This document shows, one piece after another, positions 25,253-33,028 of a stretch of DNA of 33,028 nt (positions within the stretch are counted from its first letter, which is position 1; every line of letters begins with the position of its first letter). The translations under genes and the position numbers were made by a program. Under the pieces are notes generated by a model that searched no databases, was not told the origin of the DNA, and saw only the letters and a list, made by a program, of their open reading frames with translations. The DNA comes from an uncultured virus (IMG/VR IMGVR_UViG_3300045940_000149) (taxonomy: Duplodnaviria; Heunggongvirae; Uroviricota; Caudoviricetes): the IMG/VR virus record IMGVR_UViG_3300045940_000149. The stretch is one strand, 5' to 3'.

Positions 25253-25468
25253 TCAGAGGCGCGGGAAGCGGGCCCCGCCGTCGATCAGGCCGACGAATTG
25301 CAGAAGGAGAAGGATGGCGATCAGCACGCAGACCACCATGATGATGGTGCGCGCCACCTGCGCGAACGGCTGCAGCATCGGCACGTGATCGATCAGGTAG
25401 ACCAGCAACCACGCGACCACGCCAAGGACGATCAGATAGATTACCAATTGTATCAGTGCCGTGATCAT
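25253..25468 (-). CDS. Two-TM small membrane protein (Thivi_2564-like; possible holin)
   Basis: Two hydrophobic helices separated by IDHVPMLQPF; GGAG SD. Confidence 0.7.
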   Translation of the reverse strand: MITALIQLVIYLIVLGVVAWLLVYLIDHVPMLQPFAQVARTIIMVVCVLIAILLLLQFVGLIDGGARFPRL

Positions 25469-25554
25469 GGCCGTACTCCCAGCAAGATGAACAACACCAG
25501 CATGGTGAGCAACGCAGCTCCGATCAGCGTGACGATCGGCTTGAGCACCTTCAT
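25465..25554 (-). CDS. Possible 29-aa single-TM peptide
   Basis: MKVLKPIVTLIGAALLTMLVLFILLGVRP; ATGA overlap with next gene; no clear SD. Confidence 0.4.
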   Translation of the reverse strand: MKVLKPIVTLIGAALLTMLVLFILLGVRP

Positions 25555-25578
25555 AAATTTATCGCACCGCGGCGATTT

Positions 25579-27093
25579 TCATCCGATCAGCGCCGCGATA
25601 TCGACGCCCGCCTTGTCGGCGACCGGCACCACGCCGACCGCCATGGCGAGCGCCACCATGCCGTCGATGCGGCCGGTCGATCGCGACTTGGAGAGCTTGC
25701 GGTTGGCCTTGTCCTTGCCCTCGACCACCGAGTTCATCGCGCACATGGTCAGCACCGGGTTGTTGCCGTGTGCCAGCTCCGCATTGGCGATCAGGCTTTC
25801 CAGATCACGCAACGCGGGCGACATGCTCTGCGTTCCCTGCCCGAACTCGACCCACTGCTCTTCGAGCTTGTCCTCGACGAAGCCAGCGTGCAGCAACCAC
25901 GGCTTCAGGTGCTTGTAGTTCCAGCGATCGAAGCCGATCTTTTTGACTCGATACGAGTCGCAGATTTTTCGGAGATCGTGCGCGACGTGCTCGTAACTGA
26001 TCGCGCGCCCGGGCGTGGTCTTCAGGAAGCCCTGCTGGTGCCAGAGGTCGTACGGGATGTGATCGGCGCGGGCCTTGTCGGCGAGCCCGACTTCCGGAAG
26101 CCAGAACGTCGGCCACACCTGCCAGACCTTGCCGACCTTGCCGATCAAAACCAGCGCGGTGAGATCGGAGACCTCCGAGAGATCGAGCCCGGCGTAGATC
26201 GGCATGGTGTCGTCCAGCTCGACCGGCTCGGCGTCGCACAGTTTCCAGTCGGACGGGCTGACGAATTGCGCCAGCGCCTCGACTCGCTGATTGAGGACGA
26301 GGTTGCGGAATTCCGGCTCGCGCGCCCGCATGCGCTTGGCGTCGGCGGCCATCGCCAGCACTTCCTGCTCGTTCTGAAAGGTGCCGAGCGCCGGATTGCA
26401 CATGCGAATGGTTTCGATCGCGAACGGGTCGGCATTGAGCGGCGCGGTATAGAGCTGGCAGAACGTGCGCGCATCGTTCCCGGCGAGCGCGTCGTCGATC
26501 AGGATGGACAAGAGATCGCCGTCGTTCGGTGCCTGCGTGGAGATCACCAGCGACAACGGATTCTCTTGCGCGCCGGTCGAGGTCTCCAGCGCTTCGTACA
26601 GCGCCGAGCGGGGTCCGCGGACCTGCCCCAGCTCGTCATGGACGATGAACACCGGCGACAGGCCGTAGGCGGTGGAGGCTTCGGCCGAGAGCGCCTTGTA
26701 TTTGACGCCGACCTCCGGAACGAACAGCTCCTTGAGCGAATCGCGGATCACCACGACTTCGTTCAGCCGCGGGTTCATCCGGCACATCTTCGAGGCCAGC
26801 GAGAAGATCAGCGCCGCCTGCTCGCGCGATTGCGCCGCCGAGTAGAGCTGCGAGTTCGGCACCATGCGCGGGCCCATCAGGTGGGCCAGCAGAAGGAACG
26901 CCGAGAACGCGGTCTTGCCGTTCTTGCGCGGGATGGAAAGGATCGCCCGGCGGCAACCGCCCGGCCGGTCGTAAATCTCGACAAGCAGATCAATTTGCCA
27001 GTCCTGCAGCTTGACCTGCTGGCCCAAGAAGCGACCTTCAGGAACGTAGCAGTAGTCCCCAATCCACTTCGCGACTTTCTCGGCTTCGCTCAT
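25579..27093 (-). CDS. terL: Terminase large subunit
   Basis: ATG 27093 (ATGA overlap); IPRKNGKT Walker A, IVHDELG Walker B, VIST, GLDLSEVSDLTA, RIDGMVALAMA. Confidence 0.95.
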   Translation of the reverse strand: MSEAEKVAKWIGDYCYVPEGRFLGQQVKLQDWQIDLLVEIYDRPGGCRRAILSIPRKNGKTAFSAFLLLAHLMGPRMVPNSQLYSAAQSREQAALIFSLASKMCRMNPRLNEVVVIRDSLKELFVPEVGVKYKALSAEASTAYGLSPVFIVHDELGQVRGPRSALYEALETSTGAQENPLSLVISTQAPNDGDLLSILIDDALAGNDARTFCQLYTAPLNADPFAIETIRMCNPALGTFQNEQEVLAMAADAKRMRAREPEFRNLVLNQRVEALAQFVSPSDWKLCDAEPVELDDTMPIYAGLDLSEVSDLTALVLIGKVGKVWQVWPTFWLPEVGLADKARADHIPYDLWHQQGFLKTTPGRAISYEHVAHDLRKICDSYRVKKIGFDRWNYKHLKPWLLHAGFVEDKLEEQWVEFGQGTQSMSPALRDLESLIANAELAHGNNPVLTMCAMNSVVEGKDKANRKLSKSRSTGRIDGMVALAMAVGVVPVADKAGVDIAALIG

Positions 27094-27368
27094 GGTACGA
27101 ACGGCAGCTCCGGTTTGTTGGGGAACCACTCGGCCCCGCCGATGTGACCGGCGAGATCCCAATGCCGCATGCCCGGCCGCCACATCTCCACCCGGGTGGA
27201 CGGCGGGTAACCCTGCTCGGCCAGCGCCCGGCACGCACCGAAGAACGGCAGCACCGATCGGCACAGCAGCTTGCCCGATCCGCGGAAACGGACGACGTAC
27301 TCGAAGATCGGACCACCTGCCCGGCGGTCCAGCTCGACCTCGATCTCGACGGTGTCAGGTGCGCTCAC
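27090..27368 (-). CDS. Hypothetical protein (92 aa)
   Basis: CRSVLPFFGACRALAEQGYPP; overlaps both neighbours. Confidence 0.65.
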   Translation of the reverse strand: MSAPDTVEIEVELDRRAGGPIFEYVVRFRGSGKLLCRSVLPFFGACRALAEQGYPPSTRVEMWRPGMRHWDLAGHIGGAEWFPNKPELPFVP

Positions 27369-27546
27369 CGAATTTCCAGCCCTTGCGTCGGCAGTAGCTG
27401 GTCACGCGTTCCCTGCTCCAGCCGCGCATGTAGGCGACGATCGGCGGGGTCTCGATCACCTTGCCGTCCATGAGGACGATGCCGCAGTAGAAGTGCCCGC
27501 CGTCGATCGCGGCCAGCTCTTCGCCCGACATTGATTTGCTGATCAT
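27355..27546 (-). CDS. Hypothetical protein (63 aa)
   Basis: ATGA overlap at 27543-27546; HFYCGIVL...PIVAYMRGWS...YCRRKGW. Confidence 0.65.
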   Translation of the reverse strand: MISKSMSGEELAAIDGGHFYCGIVLMDGKVIETPPIVAYMRGWSRERVTSYCRRKGWKFGERT

Positions 27547-27746
27547 GATTGGCTGATCACGGTCGCACCCGCCGTTGTCCCGGGCGACCGGCTTCCGGCG
27601 TACCCCATCGGGCAATCGACCTGCTGGCAGTAGAAGCCGTAGTTGACGTTGTAGTCGAACTTCATCCAGCACTTGCCGCACTGCCGCCCACGCTTGGTCG
27701 GCTTGTACTCGACCAGCTCGTACTCGGGATCAGGGGAATAGGTCAC
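27543..27746 (-). CDS. Small Cys-rich protein (67 aa)
   Basis: CGKC...YC...CP; overlaps on both ends. Confidence 0.6.
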   Translation of the reverse strand: MTYSPDPEYELVEYKPTKRGRQCGKCWMKFDYNVNYGFYCQQVDCPMGYAGSRSPGTTAGATVISQS

Positions 27747-27967
27747 TGCGTCGCCGCCCGCATTGCCTCAAGGATCGCCCCGCCGAGACAGATCCCGGCG
27801 ATGATGATCCACGTCCACGCCGACGCGGGAGTCATCGGTGGCTCGGCCTCCCGTCGCTGGATCAGGATCGCCATCGCCAGCGCCAGCCCGAAGCTCACCC
27901 CCGCGACCAAGATCAGCACGGTGAACAGCGGGGTCATCACGGTGCTGGTGAAGCCAGTCGCGAACAT
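27743..27967 (-). CDS. Small two-TM membrane protein (start uncertain)
   Basis: Two hydrophobic stretches; GTGA overlap with next gene. Confidence 0.5.
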   Translation of the reverse strand: MFATGFTSTVMTPLFTVLILVAGVSFGLALAMAILIQRREAEPPMTPASAWTWIIIAGICLGGAILEAMRAATQ

Positions 27968-28065
27968 GCGGCAGGGACCGGATCAGACCGTCGGCCGCCA
28001 CCCGGGCCCGCTTCGTCGTCCGTTCCCTGACCATCTCGGGCGTCGTCCAAGCCTGCCACCACACA

Positions 28066-28503
28066 TCAGGCCACCCGGCTGGCCCACGGCCGCTCGGGAG
28101 CCTGACCGTGAACCCGGTTCTTCTCACCCGACCGGGCGGTATCCGGGGTCTGCTTGGTGATCCGCAGCTTGGTCGCCAGCGTCGCCAGCATCCCAGCCTG
28201 ACCGGTCTGCAGCCGAAGCATCCGGGTCAGATGGAGAACCCGCGGCCCGGTCATCGGCTTCGACCTAAAGTCGGTTATGTAGCTGTTAACCCACCGCAAA
28301 TTACACGTGACCTTCACGTAGTTTTCCAGCAACCCGTGCGTCTCCCGGGTGAACCAGTCCGAAGGCATTCGAGCCACGATCGCCCGCCATTCAGCCGCCT
28401 CTTCCGGGCTCAAACCCTCCGGAGGCTCCGGTCTCTGGCCGGGAACCACCACTGCAACCACGCCGTGTGCCGCTGAAGAGCGCTTTCCATGCTGTATGTC
28501 CAC
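28066..28503 (-). CDS. terS: Terminase small subunit (P27-like)
   Basis: PEPPEGLSPEEAAEWRAIV...LLENYV...LATKLRIT; GGAG SD; located between cos-like region and TerL. Confidence 0.8.
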   Translation of the reverse strand: MDIQHGKRSSAAHGVVAVVVPGQRPEPPEGLSPEEAAEWRAIVARMPSDWFTRETHGLLENYVKVTCNLRWVNSYITDFRSKPMTGPRVLHLTRMLRLQTGQAGMLATLATKLRITKQTPDTARSGEKNRVHGQAPERPWASRVA

Positions 28504-28547
28504 GGTATCTCCATGCCTCTAAAAGAGAATATTCTTCCGGGGGGTCG

Positions 28548-28616
28548 TAACCCATTGATATTGCTCAGGTGGGCGCTGCCCACTGTGAAGTGGGGTTCAC
28601 ATCCAAGCCATTGATT
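28548..28616. promoter_or_regulatory. Two IHF-consensus sites
   Basis: TAACCCATTGATA (28548-28560) and CAAGCCATTGATT (28604-28616) match YAANNNNTTGATW. Confidence 0.6.
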
Positions 28617-28650
28617 TTATTACCGAATTTCGAATTTTCAAAAGGGAACC

Positions 28651-28677
28651 AACTTTAGGCCGCCGCCGCGTCAAGTT
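28651..28677. other. Candidate cos (cosN) site
   Basis: AACTT-TAGGCCGCCGCCGCGTC-AAGTT: GC core inside a hyphenated dyad in an AT-rich intergenic region upstream of TerS. Confidence 0.55.
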
Positions 28678-28758
28678 TCACTTGCAACTATCAAATTTCC
28701 TGCCACCCCCTCCCCTCACCAAGTGGGCGAGCCCTTGGCCTTCCTATTGAGGAGGTAT

Positions 28759-29298
28759 TTACGCACTCTGAGGCGTGGAAGATTTTTCTTCTCGCACTTT
28801 CGGCAGCACAACCGCTGCTGGTCTCGGCTCGATCTCGGAAGAGATGGCCTCGCACTGAGCCATGACCCTACGACTCAACTCGCTCGCCTGTTGGATGCGA
28901 GCACTGACTTCGCTGCCGAATGTGCGGAAGTTCTGACTGGTTGCGCGGACCATGCTTCTGGTCTCGTTCAGGATCTGGTCGAGCTGCTGCATCTGGTCGT
29001 GGAGCTGTTCCAGCTCGGAGCGTGCAGCGTTGGACATATCGTGGACTGCGTCCTCGACTGCAGTGATCAGGGTATCGATCTTGTCTGCGCTGTTGGTTGC
29101 TTCCTGCATTGCGGCGTTGGCAGCAAGCGCTCCTAGACGCTCACGATCCTTTGGTGGGGCGAAGGCTTCTGGTCCCTCCGGTACCCCAAGGGCCCTTTCC
29201 ACCCCACGCAGGAAGGCGGGATCGAGCAGCTTGGGATCAGGGCGATCGACGGGTACCTGTTGTCGCTTCCTTCCCAGCGGAACGATATCGAGTGCCAT
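28759..29298 (-). CDS. Coiled-coil hypothetical protein (179 aa)
   Basis: GAGAGG SD; heptad-rich helical core. Confidence 0.7.
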   Translation of the reverse strand: MALDIVPLGRKRQQVPVDRPDPKLLDPAFLRGVERALGVPEGPEAFAPPKDRERLGALAANAAMQEATNSADKIDTLITAVEDAVHDMSNAARSELEQLHDQMQQLDQILNETRSMVRATSQNFRTFGSEVSARIQQASELSRRVMAQCEAISSEIEPRPAAVVLPKVREEKSSTPQSA

Positions 29299-29308
29299 GG
29301 TTCGCCTC

Positions 29309-29476
29309 TCACGGTTTCCTGTGAAACAGTGACCCTATCAAGGTCACCTTTCCACCTTCTGCCGGGATTGAGGCTCTGGCAAGGCCCTTGCTTTCGGCGA
29401 GCTTGCGGAGCTTGAGCCGACGACGGGCTTTCTTGGAGCGCTCGACCAGCACCTTGAGCGGTAGGCGACTACGCAT
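29309..29476 (-). CDS. Possible small basic protein (55 aa)
   Basis: MRSRLPLKVLVERSKKARRRLKLRKL; weak SD. Confidence 0.3.
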   Translation of the reverse strand: MRSRLPLKVLVERSKKARRRLKLRKLAESKGLARASIPAEGGKVTLIGSLFHRKP

Positions 29477-29657
29477 GGAATGGCCGGAAAAGGTTGCGGC
29501 CCGGCACCCGGGCAGGGCGTCGAGCCGCGTTCTCGTCGAGTGTCTTCCCGTGACGAAGGCTGTACGCTCGAAACTGGCGAGAGGCAAGGACGGCTTTCGG
29601 ATATCCACCGCCCAGCAAGCCAGCCGTGAGCGCCCATGCGCTGAAACCATCCGAGCG

Positions 29658-30038
29658 CTACCCTATGCCGTCCGGATCGAAAAAACGCACCAGCGGGGCT
29701 CCTAGGGCCTTAGCCTCGTCCCGGTGCCGATAGCATGGGTGCTGGGGATCGACCGGCATTCCATCGGGCCCGATCGCGGTACTGTACCCGCGGATCTCGA
29801 CCGTACGCTTGAGCCCGTCATGGCAGGCTTTGCACAGCGACTGCAGGTCGCCCAGCCGAAACTTGTTGATATCGCCATGGTGGGGCTCGATGTGGTCGGC
29901 GACCGTTGCAGGCTCGACCTTTCCGCGTTCGAGGCAGATCCGGCACAGCGGGTGTTCGTGCAACTGGAACGCACGCCGCTTCCGCCAGCCAGCGCTGGAG
30001 TACCAGTCCTTCCAATGGACCCATGGGATCGTGGGCAT
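29658..30038 (-). CDS. HNH endonuclease (HK97 gp74-like packaging nuclease)
   Basis: W...R...L..HPLCRIC...ATVADHIEPH...LQSLCKACHD...GPDGMPVDP.HP. Confidence 0.9.
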   Translation of the reverse strand: MPTIPWVHWKDWYSSAGWRKRRAFQLHEHPLCRICLERGKVEPATVADHIEPHHGDINKFRLGDLQSLCKACHDGLKRTVEIRGYSTAIGPDGMPVDPQHPCYRHRDEAKALGAPLVRFFDPDGIG

Positions 30039-30185
30039 TGTTCGGGAGGAAAGGAAGACCGCGGGACGGTGCAGTGGAACGTGAGGGGGGCTCTACGTTT
30101 TCGCCCCGCGGTCAACGCGCTGCGAGGTCGGGAATCCCGGCTGTACACGGAATCCCCCTACGAAACCGCAGCTTACGGTCGGCGC

Positions 30186-30214
30186 TTGTAGCGTAAGTTC
30201 CGCTATCGTGCAAG
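30186..30214 (-). promoter_or_regulatory. Candidate late promoter
   Basis: Minus strand CTTGCA-N17-CTACAA overlapping the NusG stop, followed by a structured leader. Confidence 0.5.
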
Positions 30215-30706
30215 ATGTTGTACCTCTTCGAGGTCATTGTCGTCGAATTCGACCGCGACTGCCCGGCCGAGCATGTTCAGCAAGACGCGCTCGCGCTGCT
30301 TGGAGGTCATCCCGTCATAAATTCCGGTCCGATCGCGGAACAAGCCGCGTTTGATCCGCACCTGCTGGCCCTGTTTCCATCGCTTGGGTAGTCGGATCAG
30401 ACCGTCATCGCCTTCCCGGTGGCGGATCTCTGCGATGATCTTGTCGGAAAGTCTTGCAGGTTCATCGCCATTGCGCAGCAGACGGACGACACCGATGGTC
30501 CAGCCGATCTGGTACCAAGCGCCAGCGACGCGCACGAAAATGTAATTTGGAAAAAGCGGGATCGTCCGTTTGGTGGTGGTGGTCATCAGGGGGAGATAGG
30601 TTTCGAACCCGCCGCGATCGAGCCAGCCGCTGGCGACGCGTTCTCGGCGCGGTTCGGTTTCGACGACTGACCAGAACGGCTCTGTTGACATTTCCGTCAA
30701 GGACAC
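30203..30706 (-). CDS. NusG/RfaH-family antiterminator (alternative start ATG 30691)
   Basis: NGN domain W.VV.TEPRRE...GFETYLP...PLFPNYIFV...GVVRLL; KOW domain GQQVRIKRGLF...RVLLNMLGR. Confidence 0.9.
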   Translation of the reverse strand: MSLTEMSTEPFWSVVETEPRRERVASGWLDRGGFETYLPLMTTTTKRTIPLFPNYIFVRVAGAWYQIGWTIGVVRLLRNGDEPARLSDKIIAEIRHREGDDGLIRLPKRWKQGQQVRIKRGLFRDRTGIYDGMTSKQRERVLLNMLGRAVAVEFDDNDLEEVQHLAR

Positions 30707-30822
30707 CTTGTGTTATTCCGCGGTCGCCAATAGTTCGGTGAAACCCTCACTGTTCCTGCGACCGCATGCGAGCCCGGCCCCATCCTTCGTGGAGCCCACA
30801 CCGACCCTGCCGGGCTCGCCCT

Positions 30823-31062
30823 TCATTGCATCGTTGCCCATGGGTCGCGCTTCGCGAGATTGACGGTGACGAGATCGCAGACGAGCCCGACGTGCTGCTC
30901 CAGCGCCTCTCGTCTGACTTCCGGGTGATGGCCGATCAACCACATGCTGAGCAATTCCGCCAGCACGATGGATTGGATCTCCGGACCCTGCCCGTGGAGC
31001 ATCGGGGCGATCATGATGGCGATGGCTTCGGACCGGCGGACAATCTCGACCCTTTCGTCCAT
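30823..31062 (-). CDS. Hypothetical protein (79 aa)
   Basis: IAPMLHGQGPEIQSIVLAELLSMWLIGH; plausible helical protein. Confidence 0.65.
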   Translation of the reverse strand: MDERVEIVRRSEAIAIMIAPMLHGQGPEIQSIVLAELLSMWLIGHHPEVRREALEQHVGLVCDLVTVNLAKRDPWATMQ

Positions 31063-31071
31063 CTTCCGGAT

Positions 31072-31206
31072 CTCCAGTTATCTCCGGCTTGGGAGACCTC
31101 CAGTCGCCTCCAGTGTCCCCCTCTATGTGTTCTTACACATAGGGGGACTGGAGGACTGGAGGCCAAGGACCGGTCGTCTCCAGTTTCCCTCCAGTTATTC
31201 TACAGT
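31072..31206. repeat. Iteron/inverted-repeat cluster, candidate replication origin
   Basis: CTCCAGT at 31072, 31098, 31108, 31178, 31189; inverted at 31147, 31155; central hairpin CTATGTGT-TCTT-ACACATAG. Confidence 0.7.
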
Positions 31207-31219
31207 CGAGCCTCCCTAC

Positions 31220-31648
31220 TTATGTACCGCCAAGCCGCTGGTAGATATCCTCCAGCCACTCGGCTTGACGGTCGGTCGGCTCTCGCCGTTTGGTCCAATT
31301 GACCATGTGCTCGACAAACTGCCGTTCCTTGGAATTGCCGCCGCAGTAGTTGCGCTGGCAGAAGATTGCCATGGCGTGGAACGCCGACGCCTCTTCGCCG
31401 CCCACGTCGTGGAACCTGAGCGTCTTCTTCTGGTCTTCGATCTCTGTTATTGCCTGCCGGTAGCCGGTGGTGCGGCCGTGCTCGAACCCGGCGTCGAAAA
31501 TCTTGGTCATCTCGGCCTCGGTGAGCGCCATGGTTTTCTGCTCGACCCGGGCCGCCAGCGCGTGCATATCGACACCAGCCGAGCGCAGCGTCCGCACCAT
31601 CGCTCGCACTGCAGCCAGAACCTCGCCGTCACGATCGCTCGACAACAA
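31220..31648 (-). CDS. Hypothetical protein (LSSDRDGEV motif; true start may be upstream)
   Basis: LSSDRDGEVLAA...KERQFVEHM...PTDRQAEWLEDI; frame stays open upstream. Confidence 0.7.
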   Translation of the reverse strand: MLSSDRDGEVLAAVRAMVRTLRSAGVDMHALAARVEQKTMALTEAEMTKIFDAGFEHGRTTGYRQAITEIEDQKKTLRFHDVGGEEASAFHAMAIFCQRNYCGGNSKERQFVEHMVNWTKRREPTDRQAEWLEDIYQRLGGT

Positions 31649-31691
31649 TCGAACGAACGACGCGATGCGGGCGGCAATCTTGTCGAATTGA

Positions 31692-32996
31692 TCAGGGTCG
31701 GAGGATATCGTTGGCCTCTTCCGGGGTGAGATGTTTGATCTGCTCGTCGGTGAACCCGCGCTCGCGCAACTCGGCCTTCATCTTGTGCGTGATCAGGAAA
31801 GCGACGCTGGCGGTCGGCGCTTCTCTCGCCGCCTCGACATCCATCAAGACGTAGAACGTGCGATCTCTCGACGCCTCATCCTTCAGTACCTTCTTCGTGA
31901 AGATGCGATTGTTGAACCAAGTGGTCAGGACCGCGTTGGCCCACTTGATATCGCCCTTGTTCAAACCTGAACTGTCGCGATTGAAGCGACGGCACAGCTC
32001 ATGCCCAAGCCAGTCCGGAGAGCGGCTGTCGGCCCGGTACGGCTTGACGCGCAACAGGCCCTTGACCCAATCGATATCGGCGGTCGTCAGCTTGCCGAAG
32101 ACCTTCGGAAAGTCCCAGCGCTCGATTGCTTGGACGTTGTCGCCATTGGCGATCTCGACCGAGACCAGCTTGCACCATGACGCCTTCTCGGGCGGTGCCA
32201 TGTTGCGCTTGCCATTATCGATCCGGATGTACGCCATCCGCTTGTCCACCGGCACTTCGGCCTGTTCGGCCTCGATCTCGCTCATCTGATTGAGCACCCG
32301 ACATGATCGAACGGCGTTGACAATTGCGCCTGCACCGCGAGCGTCGTACACGGTGATCTCGCTCTGCCCGGTGCCCGGCTTGCGCACGTGATGGGCCAGC
32401 TCAATCCCGCAATGCTGTCGGGAGCAGATTTCTCCGAGCCGCTTGACGAACGCGTCCATCGACGCAGTGTCGTTTTCCTGCAGGTAGTGAAACGAGATCA
32501 GTGGATCGAGAATGACGACATCGATGTGGTCTTCCGCGATGGCTTCCTCGAAATTCTTGAGAAGCTGTTCATCGAATTGCGGGCCGTTCCGTCCGGCGCG
32601 AGCAATCTTGAACGGGAACGAAATCTTGTCGTCGAGAAACAACCGGCCGCCGTTGGCCAATGACGGCATCATTTCCGGATTGATCTTGGCGTGTGCGGCG
32701 ATGCGCCGGTCCAGCTCGACCTTGTCGTCCTCACCGGAGATGTACCAGACGCGCTTGCCCTCGCCCGCCATGCGAAGAGCCTCGAACAGCGCCAGCGAGG
32801 TCTTACCAAACCCTCCGGGTGCCACTGTCGAGGTTACCGCACCGCGCATGTAGTGCATCGCCGATAGCCACGCGCGGACCGGGATGCTCTCCGGGTCTGG
32901 CAAGACGTACGGCGATGCGCGGATCGGCTTCTGCTGTGGCGCTTGCTTGCCGCCGTTGGTGTAGGTTTGCTGCTCGCCCCCGCCGTTGGTTGTCAC
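31692..32996 (-). CDS. AAA_25/RepA-like replicative helicase
   Basis: APGGFGKT Walker A, YISGED, VVILDP Walker B, LAHHVRK, ARGAGAIVNAVRS. Confidence 0.9.
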   Translation of the reverse strand: MTTNGGGEQQTYTNGGKQAPQQKPIRASPYVLPDPESIPVRAWLSAMHYMRGAVTSTVAPGGFGKTSLALFEALRMAGEGKRVWYISGEDDKVELDRRIAAHAKINPEMMPSLANGGRLFLDDKISFPFKIARAGRNGPQFDEQLLKNFEEAIAEDHIDVVILDPLISFHYLQENDTASMDAFVKRLGEICSRQHCGIELAHHVRKPGTGQSEITVYDARGAGAIVNAVRSCRVLNQMSEIEAEQAEVPVDKRMAYIRIDNGKRNMAPPEKASWCKLVSVEIANGDNVQAIERWDFPKVFGKLTTADIDWVKGLLRVKPYRADSRSPDWLGHELCRRFNRDSSGLNKGDIKWANAVLTTWFNNRIFTKKVLKDEASRDRTFYVLMDVEAAREAPTASVAFLITHKMKAELRERGFTDEQIKHLTPEEANDILRP

Positions 32997-33028
32997 CGGC
33001 GCGTCAACAAAATCGGGTATGTCCTCCA

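Noticed and set aside
27094..27264. ORF-track N-terminal extensions of TerL (likewise the zeta, LPD29 and collagen genes)
   Set aside because: They overlap upstream genes; internal ATGs with an SD or ATGA coupling are better starts
1..33028. tRNA/rRNA genes, integrase, transposase
   Set aside because: None recognised by eye; a tRNAscan/Infernal run would be needed to exclude them formally

Overview
A 33-kb stretch of a GC-rich, HK97-like tailed phage or prophage. The CTTG-N17-CTATAT promoters suggest an alphaproteobacterial host. Read right to left on the minus strand: AAA_25 helicase, iteron-rich candidate origin, NusG-family antiterminator with a downstream late promoter and structured leader, HNH, candidate cos with two IHF boxes, TerS, small ORFs, TerL, then, ~18 kb further on, a prohead protease-major capsid fusion, small protein, portal, long collagen protein and neck genes. 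The ~18 kb between TerL and the capsid gene holds three accessory blocks. (1) A small membrane/fibre/SleB-like hydrolase block. (2) Five tightly coupled large genes (14.6-22.7 kb) that share an N-terminal [FY]D..(x)[QH]PRDExGRWTDxG motif and a LAEDTxxGY-type linker but carry different enzymatic domains: R-S-E ADP-ribosyltransferase, papain-like peptidase+GNAT, two ARTs, GNAT+JAB, zeta-toxin kinase. One of them starts with the same Cys-containing module as the prohead protease. This looks like a MuF-independent polymorphic effector array, possibly packaged into the head. (3) An opposite-strand island of ~19 small genes (DUF6927, DUF3768, YodL-like, LPD29 etc.). It is driven by six near-identical promoters carrying nine TAGG-N9-CCTA palindromes, with an XRE-type HTH gene flanked by those sites: a candidate early host-takeover/anti-defence regulon. 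All family assignments come from motif recognition by eye; no database searches were run.
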